Positions 30,798 to 39,996 of a stretch of 56,939 nt of DNA are shown here, one piece after another (position 1 is the stretch's first letter; every line of letters starts with the position of its first letter). Source of the DNA: Alphaproteobacteria bacterium (GTDB lineage Bacteria; Pseudomonadota; Alphaproteobacteria; RF32; CAG-239). The DNA is taken from positions 1 through 56,939 of the forward strand of contig JAFTII010000006.1 in NCBI GenBank assembly GCA_017457005.1, given 5' to 3'. The notes under the pieces were generated by a model. It saw nothing but the letters and a program-made list of their open reading frames with translations. It was not told where the DNA came from and made no database searches. Position numbers and translations under genes: made by a program.

Positions 30798-31892
30798 TTA
30801 GTTTCTAAGGAATCTGGAGTTTTTTCCGATACGCGATATTAGTTCATAAGCAATAGTTCCGGCATCGCGTGCAACATCATCTATAGTATAAAAATCTGCA
30901 GCTATATATGCCAAATCTCCGACTTGAGCATGGCTGATATTGGTAATATCACAGATTATATTATCCATAGATACTCTGCCTATTATTCGGCACTCTTCAA
31001 TTTTTTCTTTGTTTTTAAAGAAAACTTTTCCGACGTTAGATAAAGAACGAGGTAGGCCGTCTCCGTATCCTATTGATATAATTGCGATTTTTCTCTCCGA
31101 GCTGGCTCTGTATGTGGCGGAATAACCGACAAATTCGCCTTTAGGAAGTGTGGTAATTTGTAATATAGGTGCTTTAATTGTAACCACATTACGCATTTGA
31201 TTCTGGCGATACGGAGTAGAGTTTATTCCATATAATGCAGCTCCCAGACGGACCATTTCAAAATGAAAATCAGCTCCCAAAAAAACTCCGTCAGAAGCAG
31301 ATAAAGATGCCGGAATATTAGGAAAAAATTTCTTTTTAAGTTGTGTGAATTGTTCTAGTTGGCGTTGATTCATAAAATGTTCTTTTTCATCGGCACAAGC
31401 CAAATGAGACATAACTATAGAAAATTCTTTTAAGTCATCATCTGATAATTTTTGTAAATCTTTTTCTCTAAATCCTAAACGATTCAGACCTGTTTCTATT
31501 TGTATAACCGGCTTAATATCTGGCAATTTATTTGCTTTCCAAAAGGCAAACATCTCCGGACTGCTGATTACCGGAATCAGCTGATGATGTTTTTGAAAAA
31601 CATCAAGATTATCATTTCCTATACCTTGCAATACATAAATTTTTGCTTCTTGAGCATTTTCAACAATTTTCTCGCCTTCTACAGCATGAGCCACAAAAAA
31701 ATGTCTGCAATTTGCTCTTGTATATAAAACCGAGGCAACTGATTTAGCTCCCAGTCCGTAAGCATCATCTTTTATTACAGCCGCCGGAATTGCTTCGTTT
31801 GCAGCTTTAGTCAGTGATATATAGTTGCTTAACAGATTGTCATAGTTTATTTCTAAAATTGGTCTTGTCAAAATATTCATAATTGCATACAA
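30798..31892 (-). CDS. alr: Alanine racemase
   Basis: The PLP-lysine motif AVIKDDAYGLGA is present, and the C-terminal beta domain carries a Y.YG.. pattern. 364 aa. Confidence 0.9.
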   Translation of the reverse strand: MYAIMNILTRPILEINYDNLLSNYISLTKAANEAIPAAVIKDDAYGLGAKSVASVLYTRANCRHFFVAHAVEGEKIVENAQEAKIYVLQGIGNDNLDVFQKHHQLIPVISSPEMFAFWKANKLPDIKPVIQIETGLNRLGFREKDLQKLSDDDLKEFSIVMSHLACADEKEHFMNQRQLEQFTQLKKKFFPNIPASLSASDGVFLGADFHFEMVRLGAALYGINSTPYRQNQMRNVVTIKAPILQITTLPKGEFVGYSATYRASSERKIAIISIGYGDGLPRSLSNVGKVFFKNKEKIEECRIIGRVSMDNIICDITNISHAQVGDLAYIAADFYTIDDVARDAGTIAYELISRIGKNSRFLRN

Positions 31893-31922
31893 TCACAAAA
31901 AATTAAACTAAGGATTAATTTA

Positions 31923-32651
31923 TTGCAGTTTATTGATAGCCATATTCATTTGCAAGCTTATAATATAAAAGATACACCGCATTTTATTGCACATTTACAT
32001 AAAAACGGAGCATTAAAATTGGTGTGTCCGTCTGTATCCGAACAAGATTGGACAAAGGTTGCAAATTTGGCAGATAAATACTCGCAAATTATTTATCCGG
32101 CATTTGGAATACATCCGTGGTATGCAGATACTTGCAGCTTCGCTTGGCAAGATTCTTTAAGGGAAATTTTGCAAAAAAATGTCAATGCTTGGGTTGGAGA
32201 AAGCGGATTAGACAGGTTTAAGAATCAGCAATATGATATTCAATCGGAAGTTTTTTCGGAGCATATAAAAATTGCCAAAGAATTTTCTCGTCCGCTTATT
32301 ATACATGCCGTCAAATCACAACAATGGTTAGAAAATTTTTGGGATAAGTTAAAAAATGTTCGGTTCATAATGCATTCTTTTATCGGCGATTTGAACTTTG
32401 CTCGGCGCGTTAATAAGTTTGGAGGTTATATATCCTTTTCGCCTTCTGTTTTACGTTATAAAAAAGCTGATAATTTATTATCTGATGTTCCTTTGGATAA
32501 AATATTAGTTGAAAGCGATGGGCCTTATCAGGGAAATGCTCAGGATATCCCTAAAATAATTGAATTAATCGCCAAAACTAAAAATATAGATGTATTAAAA
32601 GTTTCCGAACAGCTTATACAAAATTTTGCGGAGTTTTCAAATGACAGATGA
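31923..32651 (+). CDS. TatD-family metal-dependent hydrolase
   Basis: The motifs are IDSHIHL, GESGLD, IIHA and ESDGPY. TTG start. Confidence 0.85.
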   Translation: MQFIDSHIHLQAYNIKDTPHFIAHLHKNGALKLVCPSVSEQDWTKVANLADKYSQIIYPAFGIHPWYADTCSFAWQDSLREILQKNVNAWVGESGLDRFKNQQYDIQSEVFSEHIKIAKEFSRPLIIHAVKSQQWLENFWDKLKNVRFIMHSFIGDLNFARRVNKFGGYISFSPSVLRYKKADNLLSDVPLDKILVESDGPYQGNAQDIPKIIELIAKTKNIDVLKVSEQLIQNFAEFSNDR

Positions 32652-33351
32652 ACGTTTTCACAGAACTTCAATTATACTCGGCAACCATGGTATGGAAAAT
32701 TTGCACTCTTCAAAAATAATGATTTTTGGTGTGGGTGCAGTCGGCGGATACGCCATGGAAGCAATTGCTCGTTCCGGAGTGGGGCATATTGTACTTGTAG
32801 ATTTTGATAGCTTTGATAAAACTAATATTAATCGTCAAATATTGGCATTGGAAGAAACAATCGGGCGTAAAAAAGTAGAGGTCGCCAAAGAACGCATATC
32901 TCAAATAAACCCAGAGTGTAAAGTTGATGTATTTGATGTTTTTGCAGATAAAGAAAATATTTCTGAATTATTATCGGTAAAACCGGATTTTGTTGTTGAT
33001 GCAATAGATTCTCTAGTCTCTAAATGTGATTTGATTGAAGCTTTATGGAAAAATAAAATCCCGTTTATATCATCAATGGGCGCAGCGTTGAAAACAGACG
33101 TTTCTACCATAAAAATTGCACCTTTATCACAAACAAAAAATTGCCCGCTTGCACGTCAGGTACGCCAAAGTTTACGTCATAAAGGTGTCGTTCTGGAGGA
33201 TGTAGCTTGTGTATATTCCGAAGAGCAGATATCAGCTGAACTTACCAAAGGAGCCGCTAACAAGATTTTGGGGTCACTTCCGACAATAACAGCTATTTTT
33301 GGTCTTATGATGGCAAATTATGCAATTCTTTATTTGGCAAAAGCAGAATAA
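32641..33351 (+). CDS. tcdA: tRNA threonylcarbamoyladenosine dehydratase (ThiF/MoeB-fold, TcdA-like)
   Basis: The Rossmann motif is FGVGAVGGYAMEAIARSGVG...VDFD....NINRQ. Start at ATG 32641, 6 nt after GGAG. Confidence 0.8.
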   Translation: MTDERFHRTSIILGNHGMENLHSSKIMIFGVGAVGGYAMEAIARSGVGHIVLVDFDSFDKTNINRQILALEETIGRKKVEVAKERISQINPECKVDVFDVFADKENISELLSVKPDFVVDAIDSLVSKCDLIEALWKNKIPFISSMGAALKTDVSTIKIAPLSQTKNCPLARQVRQSLRHKGVVLEDVACVYSEEQISAELTKGAANKILGSLPTITAIFGLMMANYAILYLAKAE

Positions 33352-33432
33352 TCTTAGTAAAACTATGTTTATTTACTTGTAATTAATAAATATTTAGCAT
33401 AATTTCAAAGCAAATAACAATGGACATTAAAA

Positions 33433-34293
33433 ATGAAAATGATTAAACCTGTCGTCAACTTATCTAGAGTTGCAGATAATTACGATACTTTCATACTTGG
33501 CTTTAATGGCGTCCTCTACGAAGGAGGAAACATTTTGCCTGCGGCTGCAGATGCTTTGCGTAATTTGTTTTTGCAAGGTAAAAAAGTTGTGTTGCTTACT
33601 AATTCGTCATGGCGAGTGGCAACTGTTGCTGAATGGCTAGCTGAAAATGGTGTTAATCCTGCAGACTTTGCTTGTATTATGAGCGCCGGAGAAATACTTC
33701 ATTATAAGCTTAAAAATAATGCCGGCACGTATGCTGCACTCGGCAATACCTATTATCACTTAGGTAGTAATGCTGATAAAGGTGTTTTTAGCGGTTTAGA
33801 TTATGTTGCGGTTAATTCTATTTCCGCTGCTCATTTTTTATACATCAGCGAAGTTGCACAAGTTGATGATACCGTAGATACATATCGTCCTCATTTGGAG
33901 CAAGCGGTTTCTTTAGGGCTTCCTCTTATTTGTGCCGGCAATAATACATCTTGTTTTAAGAATGGCAAAATTTGTTTGGCCAGTGGTGCAATCGCAGAAC
34001 AATATGCTGTTATGGGAGGGAGAATAATAACCCTTGGCAAGCCGGACACAACCTTACTCAAATACACAGTTGATGGTGTTGGCGATACGGGGAGTATCTT
34101 GGTTATTGGCGATAATGTGGCTACGGACATAAAGCCTGCCTCTTTATTAGGGTGGGATTCTATGCTCATTTCTAAAGGAAGACATGTCAATTTCCTAGGC
34201 GAAGGGTATATTCCTGATGTTGCTAAAACACGAGAGTTATCTAACGGATATGATGCCTCACCAACGTATGTTATATCTAATTTAAGGTGGTAA
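33433..34293 (+). CDS. HAD-superfamily subfamily IIA hydrolase (TIGR01459-like)
   Basis: The pattern is FILGFNGVLY...LLTNSS...GKP...IGDNVATDI. Confidence 0.7.
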   Translation: MKMIKPVVNLSRVADNYDTFILGFNGVLYEGGNILPAAADALRNLFLQGKKVVLLTNSSWRVATVAEWLAENGVNPADFACIMSAGEILHYKLKNNAGTYAALGNTYYHLGSNADKGVFSGLDYVAVNSISAAHFLYISEVAQVDDTVDTYRPHLEQAVSLGLPLICAGNNTSCFKNGKICLASGAIAEQYAVMGGRIITLGKPDTTLLKYTVDGVGDTGSILVIGDNVATDIKPASLLGWDSMLISKGRHVNFLGEGYIPDVAKTRELSNGYDASPTYVISNLRW

Positions 34294-34294
34294 T

Positions 34295-34813
34295 ATGCAG
34301 CCGAAATATAAAAGAATTATATTGATTTTTGCATGTATTGTTTTGGCTCTTTTAGTATCTACGCCGTTAATACGATTTGGCGATTTCTCTAAAAATTATG
34401 AATCACCGTTATCGGATAAGGATATTCTATCCGCTGAAGAAATTAATTCTTTTTTGGAAGTGTATATTGACTACATGGCAAGCACTTTGCCTGAAACTGT
34501 TGTCTCTATATCTTTGCAAAATGAAACAGATTTTCCTGCTCCGGTAAAAAGGTGGTTTTTTGCAAAAGGATGGAGTGCAAAAAGATTTTTTGCTGTAGAA
34601 CAAAAAATAAAAAAGTTAATGTCAATTGTTACTCTGAAAAACAATTTGGAAGCTAATCGCAAACTTAAAGCCGAAAATCCTTCTATGGGGCTTGCTGAAA
34701 TTATAAAACAGCAAGAAGGACAATTAAAACAATCAAAATATGACGAACAAGAGCTTGAATTGATAGCTGATAATTTTGATCATATTTCACAATTCTTCCG
34801 CAATGGAAAATAG
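34295..34813 (+). CDS. Hypothetical membrane-anchored protein
   Basis: One N-terminal TM helix. The start is 1 nt after the upstream stop. No family recognised. Confidence 0.5.
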   Translation: MQPKYKRIILIFACIVLALLVSTPLIRFGDFSKNYESPLSDKDILSAEEINSFLEVYIDYMASTLPETVVSISLQNETDFPAPVKRWFFAKGWSAKRFFAVEQKIKKLMSIVTLKNNLEANRKLKAENPSMGLAEIIKQQEGQLKQSKYDEQELELIADNFDHISQFFRNGK

Positions 34814-34814
34814 C

Positions 34815-36617
34815 CTAGTTATTGATACTTTCTGCCAATATTTGCAGTTCCAACCATTGGTTTTCTTTCTGTTCTTTTTCGTTTTGCAGAGATAATAAGC
34901 GCAAACTTAGTTCATCAAAAAGTTTGGGGTTATTTGTATATAAAGAAGCATCCGAAAGTTGTTCACTGACATTTGTAATTTGTTTTTCAATATCTTCTAA
35001 TTCGTGAGGCAAAACATTAAGTAAGCGTTGTTGATTATAGCTGAGCTTTTTGGGTTTAATACTATTTGTTTCTGTGCTTTTTGTTTCTTTTTTAGCACTT
35101 TTTACAATATTTTGAGTTGTCGTTGAAGATATTTTATTGAGCAGTTCGCTGTAGCTTCCTGCGTGTTCTTCAATTTTTCCGTTTCCGTGCATATATATTA
35201 CTGATGTAACAACTTTATCCAAAAAATCACGATCGTGACTTACGATTAGTACGGTTCCTTGATATTCATCCAGCACTTCTTGTAACAAATCTAAGGTATC
35301 CATATCCAAATCATTGGTAGGTTCATCTAAAACCAGAAAATTAGAGGGTTCAGCCAATACTTTTGCTAACATTAGCCTGTTTTTTTCACCGCCTGAAAGT
35401 GCCGCTACCGGACAATGAGCTTGGCTTGGTTTAAATAAAAAGTCTTTAAGATATGCCACAACATGACGAAAATGTCCTTGTACCATAATATGATCGCCTT
35501 TATCGCAAAGTGTTTGCCATAAAGTTTTTTTAGGATCCAAAGAGATTCTGTTTTGATCAAAATACGCTTCTTCTAAATTCTTGCCGATTCTGACAAATCC
35601 TTCATCAGGTTCCAATCTTTTAGTCAGGAGTTTTATTAAGGTTGTCTTTCCTGCTCCGTTAGGTCCGGCGATTCCTATTTTATTTCCTTTGATAATTCGT
35701 GTTGAAAAGTCCTTTACAATCTCTTTTCCTTCAAAAGATTTGGAAATATGCTTTGCTTCTGCTACCATTTTTGATCTGAAATCGGTCTCTGCAATATTAA
35801 GATTTATACTTCCTATTTGTTTTATTTGTTCTTTACGTTCTGCGCGTAATTGTTGCAATTTGCGCAAACGTCCCATGTTTCTTCGTCTTCTCGCAGTGAC
35901 ACCTTTATGTAGCCATTCGGTTTCTTCTTCAATTTTTTTATTTAATTTATGCTGTTCAACCAGTTCTTGGTTTATAATTTGCTCTTGCCATTCCTCAAAA
36001 TATGCAAAGCCTTTATTATTGCGATGCATTTTGCCTCTGTCCAACCAAAAAGTCGCAGTTGATGTGTTATTTAAAAACATTCGGTCATGTGAAATTAATA
36101 CCACGGCTCCGCTAAATTCTTTAATAATATTTTCCAATATTTGAATTGTTGCAATATCCAAATGGTTGGTGGGTTCATCTAACAAAAGAATGTCAGGTTT
36201 GCTGATTAAAGCTCTGGCCAATGCTGTTTTTCGTAATTCTCCTCCGGAAGCGAAATCTGTTAGCTGCTCCGCATTAATAGAGAGTTTATCTATCCATATA
36301 TCTACATTATACTCCAAACTGGGGGAATAATTGTCTATCCCAAGTCGTATTGCCTCTCTTAAGGTTTGTCCTTTCTTAAAAACAGGTTCTTGGGGCATAT
36401 ATGCGATTTTGGTATGCGGTTGAATAAATACTTCTCCGCTGTCAGGATCTTGCTTGCCGGCAATTATTTTTAATAATGTTGATTTTCCTGATCCGTTGCG
36501 TCCGACTAATGATATTTTGTCGCCATTGTTGATAAATAGCTCAACATCATGAAACAGCTGGTTGTCACCAAATGCTAAACTTATTCCTTTTAAGGTGTAA
36601 ATGGGAGGTTCTTGCAT
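34815..36617 (-). CDS. ABC-F family ATPase (Uup-like), two ABC cassettes plus a C-terminal coiled coil
   Basis: Two Walker A motifs (GRNGSGKST, GPNGAGKTT), two signature motifs and no TM domain. ATG 36617 is preferred over the TTG at 36638. Confidence 0.9.
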   Translation of the reverse strand: MQEPPIYTLKGISLAFGDNQLFHDVELFINNGDKISLVGRNGSGKSTLLKIIAGKQDPDSGEVFIQPHTKIAYMPQEPVFKKGQTLREAIRLGIDNYSPSLEYNVDIWIDKLSINAEQLTDFASGGELRKTALARALISKPDILLLDEPTNHLDIATIQILENIIKEFSGAVVLISHDRMFLNNTSTATFWLDRGKMHRNNKGFAYFEEWQEQIINQELVEQHKLNKKIEEETEWLHKGVTARRRRNMGRLRKLQQLRAERKEQIKQIGSINLNIAETDFRSKMVAEAKHISKSFEGKEIVKDFSTRIIKGNKIGIAGPNGAGKTTLIKLLTKRLEPDEGFVRIGKNLEEAYFDQNRISLDPKKTLWQTLCDKGDHIMVQGHFRHVVAYLKDFLFKPSQAHCPVAALSGGEKNRLMLAKVLAEPSNFLVLDEPTNDLDMDTLDLLQEVLDEYQGTVLIVSHDRDFLDKVVTSVIYMHGNGKIEEHAGSYSELLNKISSTTTQNIVKSAKKETKSTETNSIKPKKLSYNQQRLLNVLPHELEDIEKQITNVSEQLSDASLYTNNPKLFDELSLRLLSLQNEKEQKENQWLELQILAESINN

Positions 36618-36621
36618 GGTG

Positions 36622-37041
36622 TTATAAATCTTCTTCAACTAAAGCGATACCGTCAATCTGCCATTCCACTCCTTGAGCAGCCCATATAAAAAAGTCATTT
36701 ATTTTATCTTCTTTGATGCCTGCTGCTGCTCCTATCTTATACATATCGCAGATTTCCTTATCGGAAAGTTCGTGGTCATTTATTGCCAATAAAATCATTT
36801 CCCTGATTATATAACGACGCAGGCGAATATCTGATAGTTTCAAGAGTTCTAAAGATAAAGCTTCTGGTTTACTTATTTTTTTTATTTTATTAAGATCTTT
36901 TGCAGGGAAAGAGATTTCTTTGGCTTGCTTGCGTATATATTCACAACGCGAGGTAGCTTTTGGTGCCATTGCATATAACATGGCTTTAAGGTATATTTCT
37001 TTATCATTATTGTCTAAATTTATCTTGAAAGATGAGTTCAT
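36622..37041 (-). CDS. Hypothetical small helical protein, weakly TerB/DjlA-N-like
   Basis: A 139-aa ORF divergent from flbT. The similarity (...INDHELSDKEICDMYKIGAAAGI...) is weak and based on pattern only. Confidence 0.4.
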   Translation of the reverse strand: MNSSFKINLDNNDKEIYLKAMLYAMAPKATSRCEYIRKQAKEISFPAKDLNKIKKISKPEALSLELLKLSDIRLRRYIIREMILLAINDHELSDKEICDMYKIGAAAGIKEDKINDFFIWAAQGVEWQIDGIALVEEDL

Positions 37042-37160
37042 AATGCTTCTCCCTACATTGATAGGTTTATATATACATAAAAAATAAAGATTTGCAAAAT
37101 AAAAAAATCTTTTATATTATAACCGCAAATTTTATAACATTTTAAGTCGGGAGAATTTAA

Positions 37161-37559
37161 ATGCCGTTAAAAATAGAACTTAAACCGAATGAAAGTATTA
37201 TTGTCGGAGAGGCATTGATTACTAATGATGGTGAGCGTACACGCTTTTATATTGAAGGAAATGTTCCGATATTAAGAGAAAGATTTATTCTGCGTGAAAA
37301 AGACGCCAACACTCCCAGTAAGCGTGTGTACTTTATCGTGCAACAATTATATCTTTCCAAAGGTGATACAACTCTGCAAAATATGTATTTGACTTATGTA
37401 CGTGATTTGCAAGATGCAGCTCCGAGCCTTATTCCTTATATCGCTCCTGTTAATGAGGCGGTTTTGCAAGGAGACTATTATGCTGCGATTAAGGCTGCTG
37501 CGGTATTGCTTGAAAAGGAAGATGAAGCCTTTGGTGCGATGTTGAATCCTCAATTCTAA
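37161..37559 (+). CDS. flbT: Flagellin synthesis repressor FlbT
   Basis: MPLKIELKPNE.IIVG.A.I.N...R....IEGN.PILRE and the C-terminal YY.A.K pattern match alphaproteobacterial FlbT. Confidence 0.85.
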   Translation: MPLKIELKPNESIIVGEALITNDGERTRFYIEGNVPILRERFILREKDANTPSKRVYFIVQQLYLSKGDTTLQNMYLTYVRDLQDAAPSLIPYIAPVNEAVLQGDYYAAIKAAAVLLEKEDEAFGAMLNPQF

Positions 37560-37696
37560 GCTTAACTATTTTTTAAATGAAAATATCATATTTTGAAAAT
37601 AAGTGTTGAATCGTTGGTGATTTTATGCTATATTTAAAACTGTAATGTTAGTATAACATTCACAGTTTATGTGTCCACAGTATTTGGAGAAAAGCC

Positions 37697-38518
37697 ATGT
37701 CTAATATATCATTAACCGCTTCTATGCGTTCTAACTTGTTGTCTTTGCAAAATACCCAAGGTTTAATGGATTTAACGCAAGAGCGTTTATCTACGGGTAA
37801 AAAAGTTAACTCAGCTATTGATAATCCTTCATCTTACTATACCGCTCAAGCTTTAAGCAACCGAGCCAGTGACTTATCCGCTTTGTTGGACAGTATGGGT
37901 CAGGCTATTCAAACCATTAAAGCTGCTGACGAAGGTATTGAAGCTATTACCACCTTTGCTCAACAGGCAAAGGCTGTTGCACAATCTGCAGCAGATAGTA
38001 GTGTTGAAACTGAACGTGCTGCTTATGAAGATCAGTTTAATGAAATTTTAGCTCAAATTAATGCAGTTGCAGCCGATTCATCTTATAAAGGTATTAACCT
38101 TTTGGGTGGAACTGATAATAAGCTTACTGTTAAGTTCAGTGAGAAAGAAAACTCTAAATTGGTAATTGATGGTATTGATGCTACTACCGGTGAAGACGGA
38201 TTGGATATTGCTACCGCCGCTGATTGGGATAGCACCGTTGCCAATATTACTACCGCGATTGGGGAGGTTGATGCTGCTATTGCTAAATTACGTAACTGGT
38301 CATCTGAATTTGGTAACAATTACTCTATCGTTCAAAGCCGTGAAGAGTTCACCGAGAATTTGATTAACGTTTTGACCGAAGGTGCAGATAAATTGACTTT
38401 GGCCGATATGAACGAAGAATCTGCAAATATGTTGGCATTACAAACTCGTCAACAATTGGCAATTAACTCTTTGTCTTTGGCTTCGCAGGCTTCTCAATCA
38501 GTATTGAAGCTGTTCTAA
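37697..38518 (+). CDS. Flagellin, short (273 aa) alphaproteobacterial type
   Basis: The conserved N-terminal (LTASMRSNLLSLQNTQ...LSTGKKVNSAIDNPS) and C-terminal (EESANMLALQTRQQLAINSLSLA) flagellin helices are present. Confidence 0.95.
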   Translation: MSNISLTASMRSNLLSLQNTQGLMDLTQERLSTGKKVNSAIDNPSSYYTAQALSNRASDLSALLDSMGQAIQTIKAADEGIEAITTFAQQAKAVAQSAADSSVETERAAYEDQFNEILAQINAVAADSSYKGINLLGGTDNKLTVKFSEKENSKLVIDGIDATTGEDGLDIATAADWDSTVANITTAIGEVDAAIAKLRNWSSEFGNNYSIVQSREEFTENLINVLTEGADKLTLADMNEESANMLALQTRQQLAINSLSLASQASQSVLKLF

Positions 38519-38540
38519 TCGCAAAGATTAAAAAATATGG

Positions 38541-38572
38541 TCTCCCCTCTCGCAAGGAGGGGAGATTTTTTT
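38541..38572 (+). terminator. Rho-independent terminator after the first flagellin gene
   Basis: Stem tctcccctc / gaggggaga with a 7-nt loop, followed by ttttttt. Confidence 0.8.
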
Positions 38573-38744
38573 ACGTTTATGTGAGTTATGCACAATTATA
38601 AAGGGGGTGTTGACAATGGTTAATAAATAATTAAAAATCAAAGCAGAAAAAAGAACTAGAAAGGTTTTGTTAAAGAATTTTTTAGTGCTGGTACTTAGTG
38701 CAGAATGTGCAGGTGCTGCGCGGAATATAATACTGGAGAAAATA

Positions 38745-39887
38745 ATGTCTGATATATCATTAACCGCATCTATGCGCAGTAATCTGCTCTCTTTGCAGAA
38801 TACACAAAGCCTTATGGATATGACCCAAGAGCGCTTATCTACAGGTAAAAAAGTAAACTCTGCTATTGACAATCCTACCTCTTATTATGCGGCCAGCTCA
38901 TTAAACAATCGTGCTAGCGACCTTAATGCCTTGCTTGATTCTATGGGGCAAGGTATCCAAACTATTCAGGCTGCCAATGAAGGTATTGAATCTATAACCA
39001 GTTTTGTTGAACAGGCAAAAGCTTTGATTAACACTGCTCGTGATAGTACCGCTTCTTCTATCAATAAAGTTGAGGTTAATGCTAAGGATTTTGCAGGTGT
39101 TGCAGATGCAGGAAAGGAAACTCTGCAGTTGGTAGTAAATGGCGGAGAAGTCATGGATGTTGAGTTGGATTCTATTACTGCTGCAAGTGGAGGGGATTTA
39201 GAGGAGTTAGCTGCTGCTTTGCAAAGCAAATTGCGAGATTTGACAGGTGATGATAAGTTTAAGGTTGATGCTGATGAGACTACAAGAAAGTTGACTATAT
39301 ACAATGAAAATAAAGATGTATCTTGGTCACTCTCCGGTGAGATAAATGGAGTTGATATGACCAGTAATGGTGCGGCTACAATTCCTAATGCTCGTACATC
39401 GTCTCAAGAACAATATAATGAAATTTTGCGCCAAATTAATCAATTGGCTAAGGATTCCGGATACAAAGGTGTTAACTTGCTTCAAGGTGAGGATTTGCGT
39501 GTTAACTTTAATGAAGACCGTACTTCAACATTGTTGGTTAGTGGTAAAAATGCAGATGTAGAAGGGCTGCAACTTCTCCAAGGAGCAGATTGGGACAATG
39601 CTGACAACAAAGCATTAGAAAATGCTCTAAACGCTGTTGATAGTGCAATTAACACTTTGCGCAATTGGGCTTCTGAATTAGGTAATAATTATTCTATTTT
39701 GGAAACTCGTGAAAACTTTACCGAAAAATTGGTTAACGTATTAACCGAAGGCGCAGATAAGCTGATTTTGGCCGATATGAATGAAGAATCTGCAAATATG
39801 TTGGCATTACAAACTCGTCAACAATTGGCAATTAACTCTTTATCTTTGGCTTCACAAGCAGCTCAAGGCGTTCTCAAATTATTCTAA
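38745..39887 (+). CDS. Flagellin paralogue (380 aa) with an enlarged central domain
   Basis: It has the same N- and C-terminal helices as the first copy. The real start is MSDISLTASMRSNLL at ATG 38745, 7 nt after GGAG. The ORF-track start at 38667 is an upstream over-extension. Confidence 0.95.
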   Translation: MSDISLTASMRSNLLSLQNTQSLMDMTQERLSTGKKVNSAIDNPTSYYAASSLNNRASDLNALLDSMGQGIQTIQAANEGIESITSFVEQAKALINTARDSTASSINKVEVNAKDFAGVADAGKETLQLVVNGGEVMDVELDSITAASGGDLEELAAALQSKLRDLTGDDKFKVDADETTRKLTIYNENKDVSWSLSGEINGVDMTSNGAATIPNARTSSQEQYNEILRQINQLAKDSGYKGVNLLQGEDLRVNFNEDRTSTLLVSGKNADVEGLQLLQGADWDNADNKALENALNAVDSAINTLRNWASELGNNYSILETRENFTEKLVNVLTEGADKLILADMNEESANMLALQTRQQLAINSLSLASQAAQGVLKLF

Positions 39888-39901
39888 TTCCAGTATATTC
39901 C

Positions 39902-39931
39902 AAACCCCGTTTCTTAAGAAACGGGGTTTTT
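39902..39931 (+). terminator. Terminator after the second flagellin gene
   Basis: 12-bp stem aaaccccgtttc / gaaacggggttt with loop ttaa and a T-rich tail. Confidence 0.8.
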
Positions 39932-39996
39932 GCTTGCAAAAAAAACTTTGCAAGATAAAATAGTAATAATAGATAATAATTTTTTGAAGGCGATTA

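Noticed and set aside
35581-36144. A 187-aa plus-strand ORF. Many similar 60-150-aa ORFs appear in the track, for example 2381..2659, 7116..7445, 10357..10803, 14799..15173, 16777..17187, 28117..28413, 44775..45116 and 53099..53467.
   Set aside because: All lie antisense to, or out of frame within, strongly conserved genes (ABC-F, der, the cyclase, tkt, tgt and others). They have no ribosome-binding site and low-complexity translations. They are shadow ORFs typical of AT-rich DNA.
37600-37640. A possible sigma54 (-24 GG / -12 GC) promoter upstream of the flagellin genes: ttGGtgattttatGCt at about 37613-37628 and ctGGtacttagtGCa at about 38693-38707.
   Set aside because: The GG-to-GC spacing is 11 nt in the first and 10 nt in the second, against 12 nt in the TGGCAC-N5-TTGC consensus. 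I also could not find a convincing sigma28 (TAAA-N15-GCCGATAA) match. The promoter class is left open.
38667-38744. An N-terminal extension of the second flagellin that looks like a signal peptide (MLKNFLVLVLSAECAGAA...).
   Set aside because: Flagellins are exported by the flagellar type III system without cleavable signal peptides. The conserved flagellin N-terminus MSDISLTASMR begins at 38745 with a GGAG 7 nt upstream, exactly parallel to the first copy.
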